DNA of 64,000 nucleotides from Cycas panzhihuaensis (Eukaryota; Plantae; Cycadophyta), in the NCBI GenBank assembly GCA_023213395.1, contig CM041465.1:141987741-142051740 (forward strand), given 5' to 3'. A program made the position numbers and the translations under genes. This document shows, one piece after another, positions 12,131 through 23,815 of the stretch. The notes beneath the pieces are model-generated. The model saw only the letters and a list, made by a program, of their open reading frames with translations, did not search any database and was not told the origin of the DNA. The stretch's first letter is position 1; each line of letters starts with the position of its first letter.

Positions 12131-15100
12131 TATTGATATTAATATTTAGTTTTGGCTCATAAATTAATTTATGAGCCTCTCCTTAAAGTTTTATAATATA
12201 ATAGACTTTAGGAATAATTAATTCTTATGTGAGTGATGAATCATTAGAGGTTACAACTCTTACATCACATGCTCCATTCAATTAGGAAATATATTCTTTT
12301 TAGAATTTGTATTTATGCATACATAGTGCATTATTGAAATTAATAAGAGATGAATTTAATTTAAGAATTTATCTTTAATATGAATATAATTTTCATATTA
12401 AGTTGGTAGTTAATCTTATAAAGTTAGATTTTTATTCCTATTAGAATTAATTTTTAATAGCTTACACAGTATCAAAGTTAAATCTTTATTTTATAACATG
12501 ATGTATTGTTGTTCAAGGAAGTTGAATAATTCAAATTTTTAGTAGGTTTTATAGGATGATTAATGATTCAAGTTGTAAATATTCATATAGAAGCTCTCCT
12601 CTATAATGGTTGCTTTCAAATATAGTTGTCTGAGTACCATTAGGTAGACATAACTAGTAATTTTATTCAAGGGGAAGTAACCATTAACAAGCTATAGAAA
12701 ATTGTTTGACAAAATTTTAATGGTATAATTAATCATAAGTTAGAGATACTTACTTATACCTCTAAGTATAATATATTACAAGTTTTTATTTGACAATAGA
12801 CTCTGAAATGTTTATTATATGAAGCAGTTCTTCTTATTATCTTACATGCATTTGTCAATCGATAACATATAGGATATATTAAGTGTTTTTTTAGCTTAAA
12901 AATTTGCTTCATTTATTGTGTAGATTGTGCTTTATTTATAAACTATAATATGTAGGGCTAAAATAGAAACATGTAAGGCTTAAATAGAGATACATCTTCT
13001 AGATTAATGACATACAGAAAGGCAAAAGGATACCTTTTGCTTGGTCAATGACATGCAGGCTTAAAAAAAAACACATGCAAAGAGGCCTCATAGAGTGAAT
13101 GCACCTATATATAGATAATTGGCAATGAGATTAACCTCTTCTAAATAAAGGACACCAAAATAAACCTACGTTAAACACTAAATAAAGTGTTAATGGGCAA
13201 TAAATAAATATATTAAAATGACTAATCTTTGTTAAAGGCTAGACATCTTTTAGTAAGGTGGCTCATCATTGAGAAGAACCTCTAATGAAGAGTAACCAAA
13301 TGATAAGTAATGAAAGTATTAAAAAGTTAATTTTATAAAATTTATAGAGGGTGAAAATATTATTAAAATATGAATACTCTAAATAATAATATTAAATTTA
13401 TATTATAAAGTTTAAAAACTTTATAAAAAATTAAATTTTTTGATGATAAATGATCATGCAACTTGTGTATGAACCCACATGACATGCGATGAATACCATG
13501 AGCTAAAACTCTATTAAATGGGCATCAAATCACTTTCAGATAGAGTTTCCCATCTTAGAAGAAAATAGACATCCTAGAAAAACTTATAATTAGTTGAAAA
13601 ACTAAGTAGAGGAGGTTATGTAATCATAGGGATGTATGCCAAAATGGAGATGCAAGGGAGAAAAAATATGACTAAAAGCTAAACAAACCACCAAATAAGT
13701 TGCAAAATCATCATAGAGGGCTCCAGATAGATTTATTAAGGTATAAAAGACATAGAGGAAGCAAAATGATGATGAAAAATAGAAAATGAATGCCCAAATG
13801 GTGGAAAGAATTGATCAATTAATGCCCAACAAAGTAAACATCAACATACACCAAGATTAGGCCTATTGCAAGGTAAATGAGGTAATGTATATGAAGTATT
13901 AATAGAGGGTTGAATATACTCTTAGAGAAAAAGTTTTACTTACAAAAGGACACATGTAAATGTATGAGGGAAATGTGCATCTTTACATACTCAATCATCA
14001 CTAGTGTGATGAAACCCATGACATTGACCTACCATTTTAGTCCTTGATAGCTTGACATTGTAGTGGCAAAGTTATTTCTAAAAATAATTGCTTTGTTTAT
14101 CAAAAAATTTGACTTTTATGTAGAGTTCCAATGTCACCCATGTTATTTTATGGAATATTCTACGGAAAATATTCCTAATTAAACTTTGGATGAAATATAT
14201 TTTTATGTTTTATAAAGTTTAAGTCATGTTAAATTAGATTGGGTTTTATTTTAAAGTCTAGTGCAAAGCCCCCTACCTTACAACCCCTAGTCACATGGTG
14301 TTTTAGGAGCTAGACCCATTATTAAATGATTTAGAGGTAGTTTAGGGAAAATAAATAGGCCATGGTACATGGTTTTTTAAAATCTATGGTCTGGAAGTAG
14401 TCATATATAATGATTCAATATAAAATCTTAGTAAAAATATATTTTTAAAATATTTTTTTGCCATATTTTAGCAACTTCTAAGTAGACTGAGGTAATAAAA
14501 TTAATTATATTAGGTATCTACATGTAGAATGACAATGTTTACAAATTTATTGTTTTATTTCTATGCTTGTTTAATTATTTTTTAATGAGTTTTATCTATT
14601 TTGGCTTGAAATAACTTCTAAAGGAAGCATAATGGGAGTTGTCACAGATAAGCTAATGACTCCTAAAATTTATGTAGTTTGAAATTATTAAATTCATAAT
14701 TTCTTTCATCTAAATGATTTTTAGAAGCATGCATATAATTCTATAATGGAAAAGTATGATACAAAGATCATTGAGTTCCAAAATAAATCAAAGATCAATG
14801 CTAACTTCAAATTAAATATCAATGCTAATAAATTAAAGATCAACAATAACTTCAAATTAAAGATCAATTTAGGATCAATTACTAATAATTGGGAAGATCA
14901 TTCCTAATTCAAAAATTATAGCTTGTGAGTTAAGGAGTCTACTATTCCTCTATAAAAGCTTCACAACCACATTGACTCTATCTAATAAATTGTCCACTTT
15001 GATGATTGGATCTTTGGAATCTGTACTTATAGAACATAAGCAAAAATTAAATCATATATATATTGAATCTTCTAGAACATTGGCATCAAAATCTAAATGT

Positions 15101-17510
15101 AAACATGCTTGTATTCCAAAGAAGAATATACCTTCTAAAATTATAGTTTAAAATGGCAAACTAGGAGCATCAAAGGGATTATATAAGGCTAAATATTATT
15201 ATTATAAGAAGTTAGGTTATATCAAGAAGGATTGTTATGTATAGTAATGGCAATAACACTCTCAACAATCTCGTAACAACCCCTAATAACAAAAGTAACA
15301 TCAATGATAACAATGATCACCTAGACAATGTGGTCCTGTGATGGACTCAACTAAAGAGATATCTAACATAATCACAATACAATTATTTATTATCATATAC
15401 AAAATGGGTTCTACTATATTGGATGTATGGTTCATACATCAAGACACATAGCTAGAAGGTTGGAATGTTTTAGTGAGATATGATAAATGAATCAAAAAGT
15501 CACCATTGGGTATAACATCAACTTGGAGGTAATTAGAATTAGAAAAGTACCATTTACTTTACCAAATAGTAATAAATGACATTTGGAAAGTAACTTATAC
15601 ATACTAAATTTAAAGGAAAATCTTATTTAAGTTGGTGAAATTGAACAATAAGATATGACTATAATGTTTACTTGAGGATAACACATAATCTAAGATAAAT
15701 TGAACAAGATTGTAGCCATTAGACTTAGAGAAAATAATATATATAAATTATAAGAAAACTAATATGTACATAGAGCATTCCTTGCTATATCACTTAAACA
15801 AAAATTATGGTATGAAAGAATGGATCATTTGAACTACTCTAATCTCTAGTTGATGTATAAATTAAAAATGACACATGGCCTACCTTTGACTAATAATAAA
15901 AATTGTTTATGTTAACCTTATATTTTTTGTAGGTAGCACAAAGATCCACTCAAAAGAAAATCATGGAGAGTGAAGGAAAAATTAAGATTGGTTCCCTCTA
16001 TTATTTATAGACCAATGTTTAGCATCTTAGTAAGAGAAGTAAGATATTTCACCACTTTCATCAATGAACTTTCAAGAAAAGTTTAGATTTTTCTATTGAG
16101 AAAAAAATTGTAAACCTTCACTTACTTCAAATAATTTAAGAAGGTGACAGAGATTGAAAGTAGACACAAGATCAAGGTCCTATAAACTCATAATGGTAGA
16201 GAGTACACTTTAAACAAATTCACTTAGTTATGTAAGAATCATGGAATTTAGAGGTACTTTACTACTATTTATATACCTTAGTAAAATAGAGTTGTTAAAT
16301 TAATGAATAAAACTTTAATTAAAAAAGCCAAAATGATGATGAAAGGAAAAGATGTAGTAAATGTATTATAGGTAGAAGTTGTGAATATAATAACATATTT
16401 GAAAAATAGAAGCACTACAAGAGTTATGAGGAATATAACTCCTGAGAAAACTTGGCCATATAGTAAACCGACTAAAAGTCATCTGAGAAACTTTAGATGT
16501 ATTACATACATGTATATTCTAAAGGAAAAATAATGAAAGTTAGATTATAAAAGCATAAAGTATATCCTTATTGGTTATATTAAGGAAAGCAAATTATATA
16601 AAGTATACGGGTTATCAACTCTAAAAGTTCATGCAACTTAATATATTATGTTTTAAGAAGCTAAGATTCAAGATGTTGGTTTAGTTGAGGTTAAGGATTA
16701 GGTTGAGGAATTTCCTAAATGTAGGACTTCATGTGATATTATTCAACCTAAATATGAGTCATTTGATATAAGCACATAAGTAAAATAAGAATATTTTCAG
16801 ATTCTAAAAGCTAGATTTAAGTAAATACTAAATAAAGAACTCAAGTTAAAGCTAGAAATATTATTTGATTTGACACCTTCATCTTCAAAGAAAGATGTTT
16901 CAAAATAGCATAAAAAGCTATGGAGGATATTGAGAAATTATTACTTAATCCTAAAGGAAAGCAAAAATTTTAAAAATGTAATATTTTAAATAGGAGAACA
17001 TAGCTCTTATGGCATGTAATGGTATATGTGATAATGCATCTTATAATAGAGATGGTGTACAGGCTAATAGAAGAATAGTTGACTTATATCTTCATCAATC
17101 CTCTCACATGTAAAAGATTCTAGACTTTCCAAGATAGTTTAGGTGTCAAAAATAAATAAATAAATAAAGGGGAGTATTGATATTAATGTTTATTTATGGC
17201 TCATAACTTAAGTTATGAGCTTCCCCTTAAAGCTTTATAATATATTAGACTTTATGATTATTTAATCGATATGTGAGTGATGAGTGATCGAGGGTTATAA
17301 CTCTCACATCAGATATGTCATTCAATTAGGAGTTAAATTCTTTTTAGAATTTGTATTTATATACATATAATACACTATTAAAATTAATGAGAGATGACTT
17401 TACTTTGAAATTTTATCTTTAATGTAAATGTAATTTTTATATTAAGTTGGCAGTTAATCTTGTAAAGTTAAATGCCTATTGTTGCTAGAATTAATCTTTA
17501 ATAGCTTACA
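12131..17510 (+). mobile_element. Element D: internally deleted Ty1/copia (RT and most of RNase H missing), related to I/J
   Basis: LTRs 12131-12466 and 17175-17510 (336 bp each). Degenerate PBS CAGTATCAAAGT 12467-12478. PPT AAAGGGGAG 17166-17174. Gag/protease/integrase remnants ~14870-16700 join the RNase H tail at ~17050. TSD degenerate (AAATC vs GGGTG). Confidence 0.85.
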
Positions 17511-17515
17511 GGGTG

Positions 17516-17798
17516 GCCTTAGTATTCTTGAATTAATTCTTCTATCCAAGCTAAAATTATTATCAAAATGGCCTATAAGGATATATCTTCCTTCATGATA
17601 TTATCCTTAGGTATTTAGGATAATGCAATTGTAATGATATTTTCCTTTTCATTTTTATAAATAATACTGAAATTAAATATTTAAACTTTACTTCCCCATT
17701 TCTGTTGCTCATTGGATAATGTCTTTTAGTTTAAAAAGTATTTTAAACTTTTATGATAAATTTTGACCACAAATTTACTTTTGAATAAGTATTGATAC
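17516..17798 (-). pseudogene. G1 RNase H C-terminal fragment
   Basis: Translates YQYLFKSKFVVKIYHKSLKYFLN*KTLSNEQQKWGSKV*IFNFSIIYKNEKENIITIALS, matching gypsy W..YL.G..F.V.TDH.SLK+...KG.EN.VADALS. Continuous with KMLVIMHTIHQW at 23816 once C is removed. Confidence 0.85.
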
Positions 17799-18242
17799 TA
17801 TTGGAGTGTAATGTCATCACTCAACTCCCTCTTACCTACCAGGCTTGTGCACCTCAATTTAGACATGTGATACTCAACATGTCAAGGTAAGTTAAGATAA
17901 GTTGAATTAGTTTCATTTGAGTTAAGTGAATATTATTTTATTGTTATTTTGAATTCAGGGGTTGAGGAGTCTCCCTCCTCCCCCAAAACTATTTATATTG
18001 TGGGGTGTACAACCTTGGTGTTTTTAGACACCGCCTTCTTTGAGGAGAATTGTAATGTTCATTTCTGCTACAATGGATTGAACAATAAGGCTTTCATGTG
18101 TTTATGCTATGGTGATACATTGATACATTGATGCAATATTGGTTTATACTTATTTGATATATATTCTACCCTGTTCTCCTGCTATTATTAATTCCTTCAT
18201 TTGGTATCAGAGCATAGTTTTACAAGAATATATTTTCCTTTA
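17799..18242 (+). repeat. Element C 5' LTR (includes PBS copy 1)
   Basis: Direct repeat of 23377-23810. Confidence 0.93.
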
Positions 18243-18345
18243 TTTGGTATCAGAGCATAGTTTTGCAAGAAAATATTTTCCTTCATTTGGTATCAGAGCA
18301 TAGTCCTGCTATTATATTTTCCTTCATTTGGTATCAGAGCAGGTG
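18192..18345 (+). repeat. Tandem array of LTR-end (TTCCTTCA) + tRNA-iMet PBS units, 4 copies
   Basis: TGGTATCAGAGC at 18202-18213, 18245-18256, 18288-18299 and 18329-18340 (periods 43, 43, 41), each preceded by TTCCTT(C/T)A-TT. Confidence 0.97.
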
Positions 18346-19914
18346 ATTACTGATCTGTGAAGATTTGTGCAAATCTACGCAGGATTTTTAGCAGCAAGTT
18401 ATATATATTCAAGTTTTATTCTCATATTCAAGTTATTTTCTCTTCAGATTTACAGATTTATCATATATTTTGATAGTTTACAAGTTTTTTTGTCTACTTA
18501 TTTGATATTTTTTGAAGATTTACAAAAGAGCATCAGCTGAATACAAAAGTTATCAAGTTTTCTTCAAAGATCTGTAATTTGTTACTTCAAATCTGCTATT
18601 TTTACTATAGATCTGTTATACTTAGATTTGTGCAGATTCATAAAAGTATTTTTGCATCTATAAGCTGTATTTCAATCTACAAAAGATAGCAGTTGCATAT
18701 CTGTAACTTTTGGGGTATTTTCAGCCATCTGAAGCTTTTCAAGCCTGTTTTTTCTACTGCAAATTAATTGTTTATCAGATCTACAGTATTTGAGGCATAT
18801 TCAGCCTTTTGAAGAAGATATACACAAGATCAAGACAGCTACATCTGCGTATTCCAGGTTCTTCTGTTCCATTTTTAAATTTACACATATTTTATATATC
18901 TGCTCAATATATTCCTTTAAAAATTTTTCAAATACAAATATATAAGCATTTTTATGATATATTTTCTTCAAAATATTTAAAAATTTATTGATATTGTGAC
19001 TCGGTTATATGAGTATATTGCTCCATTAAGTTATTTTACTGTTATTATTTGAAGAAATTTTTGTAAAATCTCTGTGCATATATAAATAATTGCCCTTTTT
19101 CAATTGATTTTAGAATAGATTTGTCCATATTTATACTTAAAACAAATTAAAGAATTTGTAGAAATTATAAGTGAGTATAATCTTCATTTTTTTGTAAGAA
19201 TACCACATAGAATCTTCCCCGTGATTGGGTAAGTTACTCAGATAAAACCCTCTATCATACAGATTCTTTGTCATCCATTGAATCTACCTTGTATGTACTT
19301 ATTTTTGAAGCACTTGGCTACATTATTCAAACAAAGTTGAACTTTGAAAGATTAGGAAAACCTAGCCATTCTTCTATCTTCCATTGGCAGTTGTGTGGCT
19401 GTTGGTGCTACTACCAGGGAGTGCCACATTCTAGATCTGTGGTCTATGTGATCTAGTTTTCTTATGTCCCTGTGCACTTGTAGTGTGTTGTTTCCAACAC
19501 CTCTGTGCTGACTTAATCTCAGCATATATATACAACCATTTGTTTACAAACTGTGCATCATCTTACAAACTATTGTGAGCATATAGCAATTTGTTTACAA
19601 ACTGTTATGAGCCATTTGTGTCTGCGTTTAAGTGCTGGCCCCCGCTCTGTCCACCTCTGAAACCGGCGTCTCCTACCGTATAGACTCGTAATCATTGTTC
19701 GCCTGCATACTTGCGTCTTCGTCTCGCACGTTTGCACACTTGCGTCATTACTGTTGTTTGGAGTTTTACTGCCCGGTTTTCGTCTTCATTATTTGCGTCT
19801 GCCTTGCCATTCACTAAGGCTCATTAGCTCTGCGCGTTGATACATTCACTATTTGTTGTTTGCCACCCTTGCCATTCACTAATTACATTTGGCAGCTAAT
19901 GTTATCATTATCTA

Positions 19915-20175
19915 TGCGTTCGGCGTTCAACGCGCAGCATACTTGGACTCGACTTCGGTCTCATTAACTTTGTTATATATTGTTCGTCATTATTTCTATT
20001 GTTTACCTTCGACTGCGTTTGGTGTTTGGCGCGTAACATACTCAGACTCGGCTTTGGTCTCATTAACTTTGTTATATATTGTTTGTCATTATTTCTATTA
20101 TTTGCCTTCGACTACGTTGTTTATTGTTGTTCATTGATCGGTTGCTTTGTTTATTGTTGTTCATTAATCAGTTGT
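19915..20175. repeat. Internal tandem duplications in C (~100-bp unit twice, then ~30-bp unit twice)
   Basis: TGCGTT...GACTCG(A/G)CTT(C/T)GGTCTCATTAACTTTGTTATATATTG...CCTTCGACT is repeated, followed by two copies of TTGTTTATTGTTGTTCATT. Confidence 0.85.
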
Positions 20176-20614
20176 CAATTTTCATGCATCTCATCTCATT
20201 AATCGGTGCGTGCATCATCATTATTTGATTAAGGCTCAGCTTATCGGCCTAAACATTTTTCGCCCTGACATTTTTTTTGGATCTCTAATATATTGGTTGG
20301 CCCTGGCGTTTGACATTTTTTCTGCTCCTCATTCTAATAAATATACTAGTCGTATTTTATTATTTTATTATATATCCTTTGCGTTCATTATTTGATTATT
20401 ATTCTTGCCTGCAATTAGTGTGCGCTAGACTCAGACTCGGTATTGTTCCGCAGCTAAGGCCGCCGTGTGCTTGCTCATTTATTGCAGTCCTGCGTTTAGC
20501 ACCTCTTTATTGCCATTTCTAGTTATACATCCTGTTCAGCTATTCTTCAGGCTAATCATTGTACTCGGTCATTGTATATCTCTATTTAGTCATTATATAG
20601 ATTCATTCTAAGGT

Positions 20615-20617
<3 letters not shown>

Positions 20618-20664
<47 letters not shown>
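20618..20664. repeat. (TA)n microsatellite
   Basis: Uninterrupted TA run. Confidence 0.98.
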
Positions 20665-20667
<3 letters not shown>

Positions 20668-22619
20668 CATCTTTTAAATATTAACTTGACTCATACGTCT
20701 GGTCTTTTAAAATTTAGTATTCATTTTGCCTCGCTGCGTCATGCCCCGTCATCTCTGGCCCATGCTTTATACCTATTCCGTTGCATTCTTCCACGTATTT
20801 ACGTTAGTATATATTGCCGTTTCCGTACAGCTATCTATCGGGGCGCTGCCTTCTTGTTTGTGCTATTATTTTACTCGGTCTACACTTTGCATTCAGCTAA
20901 TGCTTAATACATATTCGTCCCATTTGTACGGCCGGTCCTACCCGTTCCGTCCTCTGTACCCTCTCCTAATCGGTGCGCAGTACATTTCATTGTTGGCTGC
21001 TACGGCTTATATATCCCGTTTCATTCAGGTTTTGTCATTATTTGGTGTCTACATTTTGCATCTGTCGTTTGCGTCTTTTATTTGCATTTAAAAAAAAAAT
21101 CTACAGACATCTCATTTTGTATACATTCACTTTATAAGGTTTAAAAATTAAAGTTAATTAAATAACTTTTTGAGATCCAAGTTTGAACCTTTTATAAAGT
21201 TTTTTTGTGTTTTAAAATTTGACAAGCGAGTTCACCCTCTTGGCATCGGAGGTATTTATCTTCTGATTGATCTTGGGTTCAATCTTGGCTCAGTCTATCT
21301 TTAGGCTCATATTCTAATAAGTTTTTTTATAATATAATCTTTTTAACCTTTATTTTTTTTAAATTTTTATTTTTTATAGAGTTATTGGTGTTTTGTTACC
21401 ATAACTTCTCACTGGCTTATCGGTTTCAGACAAAACCTACTCCAATAGATCAAAACTTTTTTGTACACCAATTTCGACTGGTCATATGACCAATTTGGTG
21501 CCAATTTGACCCTGTTTCGACCATTTTAACATTAAACTTTCAAAATTTCAGCATTTTTTACACTTTTAACAAAATCATTTTTAGAACTGGCTATCATTTA
21601 TTACTGGTAAACTTCTTTTTGCCTAAATTTCCTCTATAACAATCTACATTTTATAGACTTTAATACTTACTTCTTACTTCAATTTTTTAAATTCATTTTC
21701 ATTAGTATTTTAATAGCTGAAATTAGGAATTTAGTTATTTTTAGCCTGTTTCTTAACATTCTACATAAAGACACATGTTACCTTTTTTACTATAACTTTC
21801 TCATTTTATACTAGATTTCAATTCCGTTAGTTTTGTTGGGAAGTTGATTCATTTCTCTTCATTTTGACATATTTTTCTATATATTTTGACATATTTTTCC
21901 TATTTTTCATATCATTCAAATTTGAGGTACCTTATTGCCTTAAATCTGCTGTTTTTACATTATTTTTCAAAAAATTTCAATTGAAAGTGCATTGAACAAT
22001 CTCATAAACAATATTTGTTCCTTTTTTCAACATTTTCTAAAAGTTAATTAGTAATTTTATGCAATTTTGACTACCCTACTCCTGTCAAGCCCCATAAGAA
22101 GGTCTATACCTTTGCATCATTCAAATCGTGATTTATTGGTACCCATTTTTAAAACCGTTAGTTTCATTGGATTCACACCTTATTAATCTACAGATTGGTA
22201 GAATTTTAAGTTATTATGATATTATTTAGTTTAGTTTTTAAGCTATTAAATTTGAGCACACAAGTACATCCTAATAAGCTTATCTTTTTTCAAAATTTTT
22301 AAGAAAATTCTAGTTTATATCTCATTGGTTACTCAAGGTTTCTACTTGACCTTTCTACAAGTATTTTAAGCTATTTTGAACTAGCATTTGTTCATAAGGC
22401 AATATATATTTTTCTTAAAGAAAAGTTATTTTTATACAAAAAGGGAAAGTGTTTCTTACATTGAAGATTTACATTTACTCATTTGAGAAATTGGTATTTT
22501 TGAAAACTCTTTATATTTCATTATCAAAATTTTATTTCAGTTTTGCATAAGTGAAAAAGATTTTTTAAGTTTACTTTCAAATGCATCATTATTTTCTTAT
22601 TGATTACATTACTTTCAAA

Positions 22620-23468
22620 ATGGCACAATTCTCCATTTTTGATGGCCATAACTTTTCACTATGGTATGACACCATACAAACTTACTTCATTAAACATGAT
22701 CTTTTAAAGTATTTACAACATGAATGTGACCTTAGCATTAAAGAAAATTTTAGAAAATATAATGAAGTTTTAGGTTTATTATTTTGCACTATGACTAATG
22801 ATGTTTTTTCACTGGTTTCTGAATTAACAACATCTAAGCCTATTTGGGATTTATTAATTTCCATTTATGGGGGAGATACCCCCAATGTATTTGATGAAAT
22901 TTTTGATGAGCATATGAGATAGGTAACAGAACAGATAGATCATGACGACAACAACCATGGGGATTCAGATCAAATGTAGGACCACCTTGTTGGACAAGGA
23001 TTTGATCCTCCATTTGAGGGGGAGAATGAAGATGAACCTTATGATATGATGAAGAATGAATATGATGATATGACAAAGAATGAACCTGATGATATGACAA
23101 CTATTCAAAGCATAAAGATTACAAAAGTTCAAGTTCAAAGCCTTCTTAATGTTCCAGTTGATAAAGTCCAAATTACAGTTATTCATCTACATTTGCATCA
23201 AGTTTCATCTACTTATAGTTTTCCTACATCATTCTATGATAAAGAGACATATGTGACTATAAGGATGAGAAGAGTTGATAAAGATCAAGATCAGCATTTC
23301 AAAGTTTTTTTTAAGTACAAGTTTCACAAGTTCAAAGAAAAGATACAAGTGTTCGCGATGACATTAAGGGGGAGAATATTGGAGTGTAATGTCATCACTC
23401 AACTCCCTCTTACCTACCAGGCTTGTGCACCTCAATTTAGACATGTGATGCTCAACATGTCAAGGTAA
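22620..23468 (+). pseudogene. Element C mini-ORF: copia Gag N-terminus, acidic linker and Pol-like tail, reading through the PPT into the 3' LTR
   Basis: ORFs 22581-22922 and 23046-23468 are in one frame separated only by two TAG codons. MAQFSIFDGHNFSLWYDTIQTYF...NEVLGLLFCTMTNDVFSLVSELTTSKPIWDLL is copia Gag. The tail reads KFHKFKEKIQVFAMTLRGR. Confidence 0.85.
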
Positions 23469-23810
23469 GTTAAGTTAGTTTCATTTGAGTTAAGTGAATA
23501 TTATTTTATTGTTATTTTGAATTTAGGGGTTGAGGAGTTTCCCTCCTCCCCCAAAACTATTTATATTGTGGGGTGTACAACCCTGGTGTTTTTAGACACC
23601 GCCTTCTTTGAGGAGATTTGTAATACTCATTTCTGCTATAATGGATTGAACAATAATGCTTTCATGTGTTTATGTTATGGTGATACATTGATACATTGAT
23701 GAAATATTGGTTTATACTTATTTGATATATGTTCTGCCCTGTTCTCCTACTATTATTGATTCCTTCATTTGGTATCAGAGCATAGTTTTGCAAGAATATA
23801 TTTTCCTTCA
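23377..23810 (+). repeat. Element C 3' LTR, containing an internal PBS at 23770-23781
   Basis: Ends TTTTCCTTCA, immediately followed by TSD GATAC. Confidence 0.95.
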
Positions 23811-23815
23811 GATAC

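Larger units (their letters stand above)
17799..23810 (+). mobile_element. Element C: relatively young non-autonomous copia-derived LTR element (TR-GAG-like) with a four-copy PBS array
   Basis: LTRs 17799-18242 and 23377-23810 differ by about 17 substitutions and one 10-bp indel by eye. Perfect TSD GATAC (17794-17798, 23811-23815). PPT AAGGGGGAGAA 23366-23376. No RT or integrase. Confidence 0.95.

Noticed and set aside
12126-17515. Element D as a TSD-less recombinant
   Set aside because: AAATC and GGGTG can both derive from GGGTC, and removing 5 bp restores the host G1 frame.
17949-18131. Duplicated 60-aa gene (also 23517-23699)
   Set aside because: Both copies are inside the LTRs of C, so the duplication is just the LTR pair.
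18192-18345. CRISPR array
   Set aside because: The repeat is an LTR end plus tRNA-iMet PBS. Spacers are only ~15 nt, are copies of each other or of U5, there are no cas genes, and the context is eukaryotic.
19889-21091. Cluster of hydrophobic ORFs in C as an env-like or membrane protein
   Set aside because: The ORFs are short, overlap in several frames, mostly have non-ATG starts, and arise from T-rich tandem repeats and low stop density. No motif is present.
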